The notes: a model not told the origin generated them from the letters alone. Positions 51,186 to 63,384 are shown, counted from the first letter of the whole stretch. The stretch is 63,761 nt of DNA, filler included, from Chiloscyllium plagiosum (GCF_004010195.1; 4 parts of one record of this genome joined end to end with filler, not necessarily neighbours in it), one strand, 5' to 3'. Program-made: numbers and translations.

Positions 51186-54100
51186 GACAGGATAGAAATG
51201 TTCACTGATGATTGCACAGTGTTCTCAGATAAAGAAGCAGTCAGTCCCCATATCAACAAAATCTGGACAGTATTTAAGCTTGGGTTATAAGTGTCAAGTA
51301 ACAATCACGCCCACACAACTGCCAGGCGTCATGATCATGATAAAATATGGATGACTCATTTTCAAATTAAATCATTTATTTTATGTTGCTTGGAATTTTG
51401 TGGAATAAATTGGTTTCAAAAATAAAAAAAATTAAAAATGTCTACATTAATTGCCAAACTACAAGTTGAGCCAAGCTTCATGAAACTACCAATAAACTAG
51501 ATTAACATTTTTATCAAGAGAAACTGAAACGGGTCAGATGTGAAGAAAATTATCTCCGATTCAATTTACACTTGTAAAAGTTTAAATGCTGGAGATTAGA
51601 AAAACATTACCTGCAATTATTCAACTTGGAGACAATAAATCTAAATAGGGGAATACAACTAACTGCTTTGACAGAATTGGGGAGATGGGTTTCAAGTCAG
51701 AACTGAAGAAGATTCTTTGTCTCTCTTTGTTCTCTGAGGAAAGACTAAATCTGGTGACAAAGATAATTGGAAAAAAAAGAAATGAGCACTAAGAACTGAA
51801 AGATATCTGCAGTATTCACAGCTGGCTTGGATCCATGATATCACTAGCTGACTATTGTTTCAGTTAAAAATCATGAACACCCTCAGGACTTTAAACAGTA
51901 TATTCTTTTCCCTTACTTCTGGTTCTGGATACTATCTCCTTTTTGTGTTTGTACCTTTGTTTGTGTGTGTATTTGTTCAGGAGTGTGGTGGAATGCCTAC
52001 AATTTGCCTGGCTGTGTGAAGCACCAAGGGGCTCGACATCATCCAACAGCTCTCTTACTCGACACCCTATCCACAACCTTATCCATTCACTCCCTCCACC
52101 ATCAATAAACTATGGCTGCACTACAAGATGGATTACAGCAAGTTGCCAAGCCTCCTTCAACTGCACCTTCCAAATCCATAACCTCTATCATTTTCGAAAA
52201 CAAAGGCAGCAGATTCATTTGAATTCTACACCCTAAATGATCCTTTGAGATGCATAACATCCTGACTTGCAGCCATATAATTGTTCCCTTATTGTCACTC
52301 GGTCAAATTTCTGGAACTGTGGATGTAATTGTTTGATGTGGATTTCAAAAGTAGGTTTTGCGGGCTCATATGGTTATCAGGAGGTAAGTGGATTTACTTT
52401 GTACTTTCTTAGTTATTTAACATGTACTTTATCTGTCCTTCCCTGTTTAGGTCATTCACCCACTTTATACATACAATCCATATGTGTGGCAGCATACCCC
52501 GGTTGCTAACCTCTTGGACTCTGACCAACCATGCCTTTTTTGTTTCAGTGGCAGACTGCTTCCCCACCATTGGCGGGAGTATGTCCCTTGTGACACTTTT
52601 TCAAGATTTCACCAATGAGGTACAGTCATTGAATGTGCAAATGCATGATGTCACTTTTGACTAATTGTTTCCCGACTCCAGAATCCATTAAATTTCTTGT
52701 TTGCAAAGTATCTTAAATACTGCAGCTGAATTTAAGCCATATACTTCATGCCTACTCACACTAATTGGTCAGGAAGCCAAAAAGTACACGGGTAATGGAG
52801 TTGCCAAGATACTGTTAGATGAGTCACTCTTCCTTTTGGGTTTCCTGCACTTTACTGGATCCATACCCTCCTCTAATGCGCCCATCACTTCCAACTCTGA
52901 TCCTCTTCCTAGTGCACAGTAAACTTAAAAGCAAGCCCATGAATTCACTTACTTTACTTGAATTAAGAGAAAATAATTTGATATGAACACAACAACAATT
53001 TGCATTAATGGTGAACAATCAACTTAGAAAAGTATCTCAGACACTTGATAGAAATGTGAGGAAAATGGACCATGCAAAACAGGATTTATTAGGAATTGGA
53101 CAAAGTTTGGAGAAGAGTGGTTTAGTGAGGATTGTGTGGCACTGAATCAGGGTCAAAATTCTTCTTAGTGGGATAACAAGCTACACTGAGCTAGGATCCA
53201 ATTCTAACTGCCAGGAGAGAGGCCTTTTTCTTGCACGTATGAAATATTAGAGAGGGAATGTTTCAGCTTTTGCTCAAAATGGATTTTACAGTGTTCCTTC
53301 TGATTAATGAGCTGGAAGAGACGCAAGCTGCTTTCCAGTTGCAAGGGGAACGTGCTTCTTATACCACACAGAAGAAGGAATGATCCCAAATTAGTTTTAA
53401 GTGGGGACAGAGGAAAACTTCAGCTCGGTTGATTAAAATGAGGAAAAAAATAACAATTTCTGGTTTGTTCTGAAGAAATAATTTTTTGTGTTGAATTAGG
53501 TGGATAACAACCTGCCCTTCTCGATGCAGGTGGAGGTCATAATCCGTGCTATATGAGTGTAGTAGTTTATTAGCATGTGGAGTTTTTGAAGAGCTCTGAG
53601 GAGAAGTATTTTGTGCATATTGTTTGATTAGTTGCATAAGCGTGAATATCATACTCTTTTAAAGGTGGTTTATAAACTCTTCACAGTGGAGGCGAGAGAG
53701 GCTTGTTCCTTACCTCCTCCATGCTGGAAGACAATTGATCGCTCCAGGATGGTGGGGAAAAACTGATTTCTAATTCCTGCTCAATGTGCAGAGGGAGCAG
53801 CTGTGGGTTGGTGAGTCCAAGATAGAAAAGATCCAATATTAGTTTTTAACTTATTTTCTGCCCACTGTAATGTGTACTGTTTGCATTTCTCTGTAGTCTC
53901 ATTCCTAACAATAGATAGTATTTGTGATAATATTTAATGAAAGTTTTAATTCATCCGTGATCAAGGTTTCAGTGATTTCCATAGATATTTAGGGTACTCA
54001 GTCTTTCTCTAGTTTTAATGTGATATATGTCCTTTGCATGGTACAGAAAATGTTAAATCAGGTTGTGTTGGAATCTCACTACAGAAAACATATGTATTCA

Positions 54101-55693
54101 ATTTTCAGTGTAATAGTTTCGTGATTGATTTGCTGATGTGTGACTGTAATACATATTAGAGAGTAAACCATTCAAAATAAATATTAGAAGGTGCCAAACA
54201 TCACACAGTAACTAATTCTGTATTGGATTACTTTGAGCACTTCATTTTATCTTTAACTCAGTCAAGTTTTCTTCCCCATGCCTCAAATCGTCCAATTTCT
54301 CAGTTGTTGGAGATGGTACATAAGTTGTGAGATTTGTCTCAGAACCATGTAAAAGCTTGACATGCGGACATATGAGGAAATTACCTCACAAGTTTAAACT
54401 TCTATGGGCTGATTTCTGCCCCCGGGACACTCTGTGAATGTCCAAAAGTCTGAGCTCAGGATGGAGACACGGGCCATATACATGGGATTTAACTGGATAC
54501 TTACCCTGGAAATATTAGACAGTGTAACTCAATGGATATCCAGTAAGCACTGCAAATTACCACTCACAATCATAACCTACACCACCCAGCTACCCATTTA
54601 ACCACCAGACTGCCCCTTGACCAGATGTGACAATCGCATCAACATAACTATACCCCAATCTTACTACCCACTCAATGACTCACCAACTGACCAACACACC
54701 GCCTAAACTTACTTAGAAGGCCATCTATCCACTTCACCCAGTTATCCATTCACCCACATATCCAGAACACATTCATTCACTCAACTATGACGAGCTCATC
54801 CATTCACCCGCTCACGAATAAACTCACTCACTTTCCGAAAGATTTGGAACTTTAAAAGCTTAATTGAATCTGGCATGATTGTTGTGAAAAGGGGAAATTC
54901 TACTTTGTTCTGTCTTTTCTTGCACTCGATGATCATTTCTGAAGATAAGCACTTGGATTCTCCTGCCAGGATTGGAAGACACAACTGATAAATCCTAAGG
55001 GTCAAGTTTCAGAAACAAACAGAAAAACAGAAATTGCCAGAGCGACTCAACAGATCTGCCAGCATCTGAGGAGAACATTTTGAGTCCAGTGATCCTTTTC
55101 AGATCTGAAGTCTCAGAAATCTTCAAAGGCAGTGTTTTAACCCTGACCAGAAGATTTGGGCCAATTACCTAAGCAACCAGTTTCCATATGGTAACAGTAA
55201 AAAAGAAATATGCCTGGAGGTTTATAAACATTACTATAATACTAATTTATTAGAGTAAATTGGATGCAGAAGTAAAGTCTGAAATAGAAATGCAAGGAGA
55301 GGCAGCTCAATATCTCCACAATCACAGCTGAGTGTTGCTTCACCCTGAATGCTTCACTTATCTTACCTTCTCTCCTAACTTTGTTTCTTGCAACAAAGTA
55401 TACAAATGGCCACTTGAATGAAGTATACAAATGGTCACTCCTCACTTAGTACCTATGTAAGGATATGGTTGTCATTGAATGACGACTCATTGTCAGACAC
55501 TATCTGCTCCAAATCACCAATAAATTGACAAATACACTTATCTTGTCAAAAACAGTCATGTTTGGTGTATTGCTTAGTGATTGAACAATGGGAAATTTAG
55601 AGAAATAATTCAGCTTAAGGTTGTAATCATACCAAGCTGTTACTTTAACTTCATAACAACTACAATTCTTGAAAGAGTATGATTGAAAAGAAG

Positions 55694-55893
55694 TTAAAAA
55701 TCACACAACACCAGGTTATAGTCCAACAGGTTTAATTGGAAGCACACTAGCTTTCAGAGCGCAGCTCCTTCATCAGGTGAAGGAGCGTCGCTCCGAAAGC
55801 TAGTGTGCTTCCAATTAAACCTGTTGAACTATAACCTGTTGTTGTGTGATTTTTAACTTTGTACACCCCAGTCCAACACCGGCATTCCAAATC
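55694..55893. mobile_element. Near-perfect fold-back PLE-terminus insertion, 15-bp TSD
   Basis: atgattgaaaagaag at 55679-55693 and 55894-55908; arms about 55691-55772 and 55778-55859 with a 5-nt loop. Confidence 0.92.
55745..55779 (-). ncRNA. Minimal hammerhead ribozyme
   Basis: cac-CTGATGA-a-ggagc(tgc)gctct-GAAAG-CTA-gtg. Confidence 0.75.
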
Positions 55894-55979
55894 ATGATTG
55901 AAAAGAAGACTTCATCATTCAGGACGATCCATATATGTTATAATTAATGGTCTTTACAGAAAAGTAAAAAAATGCATCT

Positions 55980-56370
55980 ATGACTCCAAGCCACAATTTC
56001 TAAGATATGGATTTGATGTAAAAATAATTGATGAGTCTTTGTCAGAGTTATTATAAGCAAAAGAAAATTAGACTCTGGATAAAACTATACAGGTGGTGAC
56101 TGAAGCAAAATTTCAGAAGCAGAGCAGTTGTAAAATTTAGGAGTGAAACCTGAATGTTTGCCAAGAAAGGAGCAGAATGTGTTCAGTCTTAAGGTGCAAA
56201 CCCACAAAAGACACACATGAGAACCAACACAATGAGGAAGACTGGCAGCAGACTCTAAAATTCCTTGTTAGCTTTCTGGAACAAAGAAACTTCAAATGCA
56301 ACAGTCAGTATCCAGTCACAGTGAATGCTTTCACAGTAACCGAATAGATCACTTCCCAAGAATGTGCATA
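55980..56370 (+). pseudogene. Third Gypsy gag relic
   Basis: IIDESLSELL*AKEN*TLDKTIQV and decayed zinc knuckle ECFHSNRIDHFPRMC. Confidence 0.5.
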
Positions 56371-56421
56371 GTTTTAGGATATCAAGGAATCAAACATTTG
56401 CCCACTCTAAGAGACTAGTGA

Positions 56422-56423
<2 letters not shown>

Positions 56424-56458
<35 letters not shown>
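56424..56458. repeat. (AT)n microsatellite
   Basis: Direct reading, about 17 units. Confidence 0.98.
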
Positions 56459-56459
<1 letters not shown>

Positions 56460-56461
<2 letters not shown>

Positions 56462-57740
56462 GAGCTGGTGGTGAGTTGCCTTCTTGAATCACTGCAGTTA
56501 ATTTGATGTAGATACACCCACAAAGCTCTGGAATTTTGATCCAGTGACAGTGAAGAAACAGTATGTTCCAACACGTGATGGTGTGTGTCTTGGAGAGGAA
56601 CTTGCAGGTGACAGTGTGCCTATACATCTTGCTGTCCTTCTTTTTCTAGGTCACAGTCTGAAAGTTTCTGATTAAGGAACTTTGATGAGTTGTAGCTCTG
56701 CGTTTTGTTGAGGGTAAACACTGCTGCCATTATGCATTAGTGATGGAATGAGTGAATGCTGAAGGTGTTAGATAAGTTTCAATCAAGCAGGCAGATTGTC
56801 TTGGATAGTGTTAAATTTCTTGAATGTTGTTGGAGTTGCACTCATCCAGTCAAGTGGTGATATGCTGACTTTCGCTTTGTTGATTTTGGACAGGCTTTGA
56901 GAAACCAGGAGGTGAGGTATTCACTGTACATCTGACCTGTTCTTCTCGTCACAATATTGATATGACTGGCCCAGTTGCCCTATGGTGAATGGTAACCCCC
57001 GATTTGTAGTGAGGATTCAGTAAAGGTAATGCCATTGACCATTGAAGGATATTGCTTGGATTGTCTCTTGTTACCACTTGTGTAGCACAAATGTTACATG
57101 CACTTATCAACACAGCTTGAATGTTGTCCAGATCCTGCTGCACATGGACATGAACTATGTTAGTATCCAAGGAGTCGTGAACAGAGCTGAACATTGTTCA
57201 ATCATCAGCGAACATCCCCATGTCTGACCTTATGATGAAGATAAGGTTATTAATGAAGCAGATGGAGATGGTTGGCTCTGGGATACTATTAGGAGAAAGT
57301 GAGGACTGCAGATGCTGGAGTACCAGAGTTGAAAAATGTGGTGCTGGAAAAACACAGCAGGCCAGGCAGCATCCGAGGAGCAGGAGAATCGATGTTTCGG
57401 GCATAAGCCCTTCTTCAGGAATCTTCCCCAAGGAACACCTTTAATGATGTCCTTTCAACAACCACAACCATCTTCCTTTATGCTGGGAATGACTCAAAAC
57501 TACCAGAGAAGATCTCCAATTTCCATTGACTCCAGTTTTGCTTCAGCTCCTCAGTGCCATTCTTGGTCAAATTCTACCATCATGTGATGCTAATCACCCT
57601 CATTTTCCCACTTGAGTTCAACTCTCCTTTCCATAATTGGACCAAGGCTATGATGTGGTCAGGAACAATGACAGAACCTGACAGAAGCCAAACTGAACAT
57701 CAGTGATTAATTTATTGTTAAGTGTAAATATATTCCTTAC
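56460..57740 (-). mobile_element. Decayed non-LTR retrotransposon RT to 3' region (CR1/L2 group), with PLE arm at 57291-57423
   Basis: QFGFCQ, CFINNL..IIRSDMGMFADD, QQDLDNIQA on the minus strand. Confidence 0.75.
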
Positions 57741-57804
57741 TTTAAAAACAGAAGGCTGGCTGTGACTCTGGATGGATTCAGCACTCAAAACCCTGTGGTG
57801 ACTC

Positions 57805-58292
57805 TGTAACCCAAGCAGGGGGCGTGGCCACGTGACGTCCACGTCTCGCACCCGGAAGAGTGCGGAGCGGTCACGTGACGTCCCCGTCTCGCACCTGGAA
57901 GAGTGCAGGGCAGTCACGTGGCGTCCCGTTTCGCGCCCCGGAAAAACGCGGGGCGGTCACGTGACGTCCCGTTTCGCGCCCCGGAAAAACGCGGGGCGGT
58001 CACGTGGCGTCCCGTTTCGCGCCCCGGAAAAACGCGGGGCGGTCACGTGACGTCCCGTTTCGCGCCCCGGAAAAACGCGGGCGATCACGTGACGTCCCGT
58101 TTCGCGCCTCGGAAGTGGGTCGAGGAGGTCACGTGATGCTCCATTTCGCGGGCAAAAGAAGGTCACGTGGGGTCGGACAGCTAGGAATGCGAGGAGGCGG
58201 GGAATGGAATCAGACTAACACCCAATCAGAAGATAATTCTACCCCAGTGTTTATATGACGTTTTTTATTGTATAAAAGACTGGGGCAGGGAC
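57805..58292 (+). promoter_or_regulatory. LTR-U3-like enhancer/promoter, truncated by gap
   Basis: TGTAAC start, GC box ggggcgtggc, tandem motif array, CCAAT 58222-58226, TATAAAA 58271-58277. Confidence 0.6.
57826..58170 (+). repeat. CpG-rich 43-bp tandem repeat, about 8 units
   Basis: Unit GGTCACGTGRCGTCCCGTTTCGCGCCCCGGAAAAACGCGGGGC; CACGTG at 57829, 57872, 57915, 57958, 58001, 58044, 58086, 58130, 58164. Confidence 0.97.
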
Positions 58293-58392
58293 NNNNNNNN
58301 NNNNNNNNNNNNNNNNNNNNNNNNNNNNNNNNNNNNTTAATTAATTAANNNNNNNNNNNNNNNNNNNNNNNNNNNNNNNNNNNNNNNNNNNN
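58293..58392. other. 100-nt scaffold gap with TTAATTAATTAA linker
   Basis: Linker at 58337-58348. Confidence 0.98.
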
Positions 58393-58505
58393 TGGCCAAT
58401 TCACCTAACCTGCACATTTTTGGACTGTGGGAGGAAACTGGAGCACCCGGAGGAAACCCACGCAGACACGGGGAGAATGTGCAAACTCCACATAGTCAGT
58501 CGCCT
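58393..58505 (-). mobile_element. HE1-like SINE fragment
   Basis: Matches 5570-5680. Confidence 0.85.
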
Positions 58506-58672
58506 GTTGTTTTGACTTTTTTTTTCCAAAGTTCCAAAACAATGCAACAGCATATGAAACAGTAATTGCTGTTCCTGCAATTTGAGGAAATCACCTCCAG
58601 CATCTAAAATACCTCAAAAAAGGAGCAGCTGTTACAGCCAGAAATTTTTTCCGTCCTCCATCTTGGATTAAC

Positions 58673-59783
58673 CGTGGTGTACATGGACTTCAATAAAGCC
58701 TTTGATAAGGTTCCACATGGCAGGCTGTTGGAGAAAAAGCAGAGGCATGCGATTGAGGATGATTTAGCAGTTTGGATTAGAAACTGGCTTTCTGAAAGAA
58801 GGCAGCGAGTGGTGGTTGATGGAAAATATTCAGCCTGGAGTCCGGTTACTAGTGGTGTGTCACAAGAATCTGTTTTGGGACCACTGCTGTTTGTCGTTTT
58901 TATAAATGACTTAGATGCAGACATAGGTGGATGGGTTAGTAAGTTTGAAGATGACACTAAAGTGGACAGTGTGAAAGAATGTTACAGGTTGCAGGGGGGC
59001 TTGGATAAACTGCAGAATTGGGCTCTGAGGTGGCAAATGGAGTTCAATGCAGCTAAATGTTAGGTGATTCACTTTGGGAAGAATACCAGGAAGGCAGAAT
59101 ACTGGGTCAATGGAAAGATTCTTGGTAGTGTGGATGTGCAGAGGGATCTTGGAGACCATGTACATAGATGCCTGAAAGTTGCCACCGAGGTTGATAGTGC
59201 TGTTAAGAAGGCATATGGTGTTTTATTGGTAGAAGGATTGAGTTCTGGAGCTGTAATGTCATGCTGCAACTATACAAGTGCAGCTGCACTTGGAATATTG
59301 TGTGCAGTTCTGGTCGCCTCCCATTACAGGAAGGATGTGGAAGCATTGGAAAAGGTACAGAGAAGCTTTTCCAGGATGTTGCCTGGTCTGGAGGGAAGCT
59401 TTTATGAGAAAAGGCTGAGAGACTTAGGTCTGTTCTCATTTGAAAGAAGAAGGCTAAGAGGGGATTTGATATATGATTAGCTAGGGTGGACAGTGAAAGT
59501 TTCTTTCCTAGGATGGTAACGTCAGCTTGTACAAGGGGGCATAACTACAAATTGAGGGGTGATAGATTTAAGACAGATGTCAGAGGCAGGTTCTTTACTC
59601 AGAGAGTGGTAAGGGCATGCCATTGTGGTTAATTCAGTCATGTTAGGGAGATTTAAACAATCCTTGGATAAGCACATGGATGATGATGGGATAGTGTAGC
59701 AGAATGAGCTGAGATTAGTTCACAGGTCAATGCAACACTGAGTGTCAAAGGGCCTGTTCTGCGCTGTATTGTTCTATGTTCTA
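58673..59783 (+). mobile_element. CR1 RT to 3' tail
   Basis: VYMDFNKAFDKVPHGRLL, VTSGVSQESVLGPLLFVVFINDL, KFEDDTK; ttctatgttcta tail. Confidence 0.95.
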
Positions 59784-59794
59784 AGGCATAGACC

Positions 59795-60720
59795 ATAATC
59801 AATAATAGGCAATAACACCTTCTTCACCGTAATCCTGAACACAGTGCACTGCAAGGCTGCGTACTTAGCCCTCTACTGTACTTGTTATACACTCATGACT
59901 GTGTGGCCAAATTCTGCTTCAACTTCATTTACACACTTGCTGATGACACCACCGCTGTAGGTTAGATCTCAAACAGCAAAGAAAAAGAACACAGGAAAGA
60001 GACTGAGTGCTTAGAGACATGGTGTAAAGACAACATTCTTTCCATAATGTCAGCAAACAAAGGAGCTGCTCAATGTCTTCAGGAAGTGGAGTGGAGGGCA
60101 CACTCATATCTGTGTCATGGTGCTGAGGTGGAAATGGTGAAGAGCATCAAGTTCCTGGGAGTTATGATTGCCAGCAATCTGTCCTGGTCCACTCATGTTG
60201 ATGCCACTGTCAAGAAAGCAGAACAACATTGCTACTTCCTCAGGAGGCTCAGCAAATTTGGCACACCCAAGGATTCTTACCATTTTTTCTAGATGCACCA
60301 TAGAAAGCACCCTATTTGGATGCATCACAGCTTGGTAACTGCTCTTCCCAAGACTATAATAAATTATAGAGAGCCATGAACATAGCCCAGTCCATCATAC
60401 ATATCAGCCTTCCATCCACTAACTTCATCTATACTTCCCACTGCCTTGGGAAAGCAACCAACATACTCAAAGAACCCTCCCACCTTGGTTATATAAGTTG
60501 AACAGACATCGGTCCTTGGTTATACTCTCTTTTGCCAGGCAGAAGTGACAAAAGTTTGAATACACGAACAAACAGATCAAAGAACAGTTTCTTCCCCATG
60601 TTAACTGACATTTGAATGGATCTCTCGAATGTTCTCATCTGTGCGCCTTCTATAACTCTGTATTCTGCACACTATTCTGCTATCCTAATGCATATTGTGC
60701 AATACGATTTGTAATAAATC
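59795..60720 (+). mobile_element. Rex1/Babar LINE RT to 3' end
   Basis: QGCVLSPLLYLLYTHDCVA, ADDTT.VG, KFLGVMIASNLSWSTHVDATVKKAEQHCYFLRRL. Confidence 0.85.
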
Positions 60721-61169
60721 AAACTCAAACTCAAATATGGATCTTTTTCAATCTCCCATGTTCTCAAATAGGTCTCAAATACGGGCTGGTGTTATAATTG
60801 AATCCATTCTTCCAGGTCTTTTCCACCCTTCTTCTGCTCTACAACCCCATTTGTCCCACTTTCACCAGACTCAGCCTTCACCCGAGTATTCTCCACTCCC
60901 TTTACTGCAAGTCACACTGGCTATTGAGCTGATTACAAACTCAATGAAATATAATTTTTCATTGTCTACTCAATTTAATCATTAGAGGAAAAACATTTGT
61001 GGGTAAGTTCTCCTTATTTGGTAATCCCTAGTGATTAAGGAAAATGTATTTCCAAAATAAAAATGAGTTTTCAGGTTACTGAGGAATCCAATGCCTGACC
61101 TTCTGGTGGCAGTGGGAATGGAAAATTGGGATGCTCAGTTGTCACACATCCCTTTCTCAGTCACCATCA

Positions 61170-61790
61170 GCAATGAGATGTGAGTTGTACTGAACCTGCC
61201 CAGTTGCTTTCCCTCGAGTAGTCTTGAGCAAGGGCTCCCCAAATGTTGATGGGAATGTTGTACTTGCTCAGGAGGGTTCTGAAGATATCCTTGAAGTGCT
61301 TCCACTGCCTCCTGGGGCTTGCCTGTTGTGTTGGTGCTCTGAAAAGCATTTGCTTCAGGAGTCTCTTGTCAGGTAAGCAGATAATGAGGCCCATCAGCAG
61401 AACTGAATAAACGTGATCAAGCTTCAATATTGTGATGTTGGCCTATGCGAGAGCACCTATCATGCCAATGGATTTGCAGGATCTTGTGAATGCAGCATTG
61501 ATGCTACCTTTCCATGATTATGAGGTGTCTACTGTACATCGTCCATGTCTCTAAGCAATACAGGAGAGTGGATTTCACTAATGCTTTATAAATATGAGCT
61601 TGGTCGTAGGTTTGTGGTCCTATTCTTAAACATTGCATTTCAGATAATCAAAGGCACAGAAGGCACAATTGAATCTCATCATTAAGCCTGCTTTTGTTGA
61701 TACGGGGCCCCAAAGTTGTCCACACTGTCGAATACCATTTCATGTATTTTGATAACTTGGGAAGTGGGTAGCAGGGGAATAACAAGGCAG
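61170..61790 (-). mobile_element. RTE (BovB-like) LINE 3' fragment
   Basis: LPDKRLLKQMLF...RRQWKHFKDIFRTLLSKYNI..NIWGALAQD matches the RTE ORF C-terminus pattern. Confidence 0.75.
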
Positions 61791-63161
61791 TGCAGAAAAG
61801 GCAAGATTTTAGAGGACATTTGCCTTGCAAATGGTTAATATAAGATCCATCTCAGTGTAAGATTCAATGATAGTTTAGTGCTCAGCCTCTACATGATACT
61901 GCAGAGAGGAGAGACTTATGTTGGGTATGAGGAAGCAACTGAAAAGACCTGAGAGCAAACTGTGGCTGCACAAAGCAGTTGAATTGCCTTATGACTGCAG
62001 CAACATCTGTAGGTTTTAGACATTATTCACTGTTTTTATGCTCGCCACAAGAAATAAGAACAGCATGGGAGGAGAGAGGGTCTTGTAAATTGGTGGCTGT
62101 GACTGACTTTCTGTGCACAGAATTACCCCTCTTACTCCTAATGCCCTGACTAATCTTCTCATCTCAGTGAGCCTGCCCCATTACTAATTGGCAGCTTGCT
62201 GATGGAGTGTATGTTAATTGGTTGTTTATCACTTGGTTCACTATGCTGAAAAGGCAGAAGTGGGAACAAGCTGACCACCCACTTTCCATTTTGCCTCCTT
62301 CAACCCATGAAAAATGTAAAATCCAGCACAAGTCCTTCACTCATGGTTGGCTGGATCTTCTGCTAATCACACTGCAGATTATTGTGCATCCCACCTGCCT
62401 GCAACTGGTCTCCAGATCTTTGGACAACACCTGCACCATGACTATTGCAACTGTACGCAAAAATGCAATTAAAATTTTTGACCATCAGCCAATTCAATAC
62501 TATTCTGTCAGCTGCTATGAGACCTTCCAGATATTAAATTCTGATGATGTCCAGTCAATTAGAGTGTCTTCTCTTGAATTGTAAAATTACACTACACAAA
62601 ATAATTGGTGAACGCAAAATTAAAATAGCCTGTGCTAGAGTTAGATAAAAACTAAACTGAATCACTGATAGCTGCACAGATTGAATAATATGTGGGTTGA
62701 CAATAAATTATGGTGTGTAGAAACTTATTACATTTTTCAAGGATAGATACTGTAAACAAAAATATAGCAGAAAATCTTATAGGGTAACTGAATTAATCAT
62801 AATTTCTTCACCACATAATTGGCTTGGTAAATTGTGGAACCCTTAGATCTACTTAACAGCAAATTATACTGTACCTAGATTTGTGCCAACTTAATTTAGT
62901 TTAATATGAATGCTGGAAATAATCTATGTGTTTTATAATGGTAGCAGAACACTAATGAATCTGTTTCATAAAGTAGTCACAAAACTGAAGATCTGATAAA
63001 ACTATCCTGATGCCAAACTAGTGAAGCACACCAATCAGCAATTCAGTAGGACAGCAGTCTGTGACACACGCAAAAATAATGATTAAATGGGAAAGAAGTT
63101 TTGAAGAAGAGTAGTCTGGTCAAATGACAATTATGCAAGAACAGTGGCCCACTCTGAGAAC

Positions 63162-63347
63162 AAGAGTTGAAAAATGTGATGCTGGAAAAACACAGCAGGC
63201 CAGGCAGCAAGCGAGGAGGAGAATCGACGTTTCGGGCATATGCCTGAAACGTCGATTCTCCTGCTCCTTGGATGCTGCCTGGCCTGCTGTGTTTTTCCAG
63301 CATCACATTTTTCAACTCTGGTCTCCAGCATCTGCAGTTCTCACTTT
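63162..63347. mobile_element. Fold-back PLE-terminus insertion, 13-bp TSD
   Basis: ccactctgagaac at 63149-63161 and 63348-63360; palindrome centred on gggcata|tgcctg. Confidence 0.92.
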
Positions 63348-63384
63348 CCACTCTGAGAACTAGCCATTAAGGCTGTGAACATCT

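Noticed and set aside
57826..58170. CRISPR-like array or repetitive protein (ORFs 57832-58258)
   Set aside because: Units are contiguous with no unique spacers, and there are no cas genes in this vertebrate context. ORFs are open only because the GC-rich repeat lacks stops.
63043..63363. Small-protein family (TRVEKC.AGKTQQARQHPRSRRIDVSGI) seen on both strands and at 29470, 48780 and 57220
   Set aside because: Translation of the non-coding PLE terminal repeat; the both-strand match is due to the palindrome.
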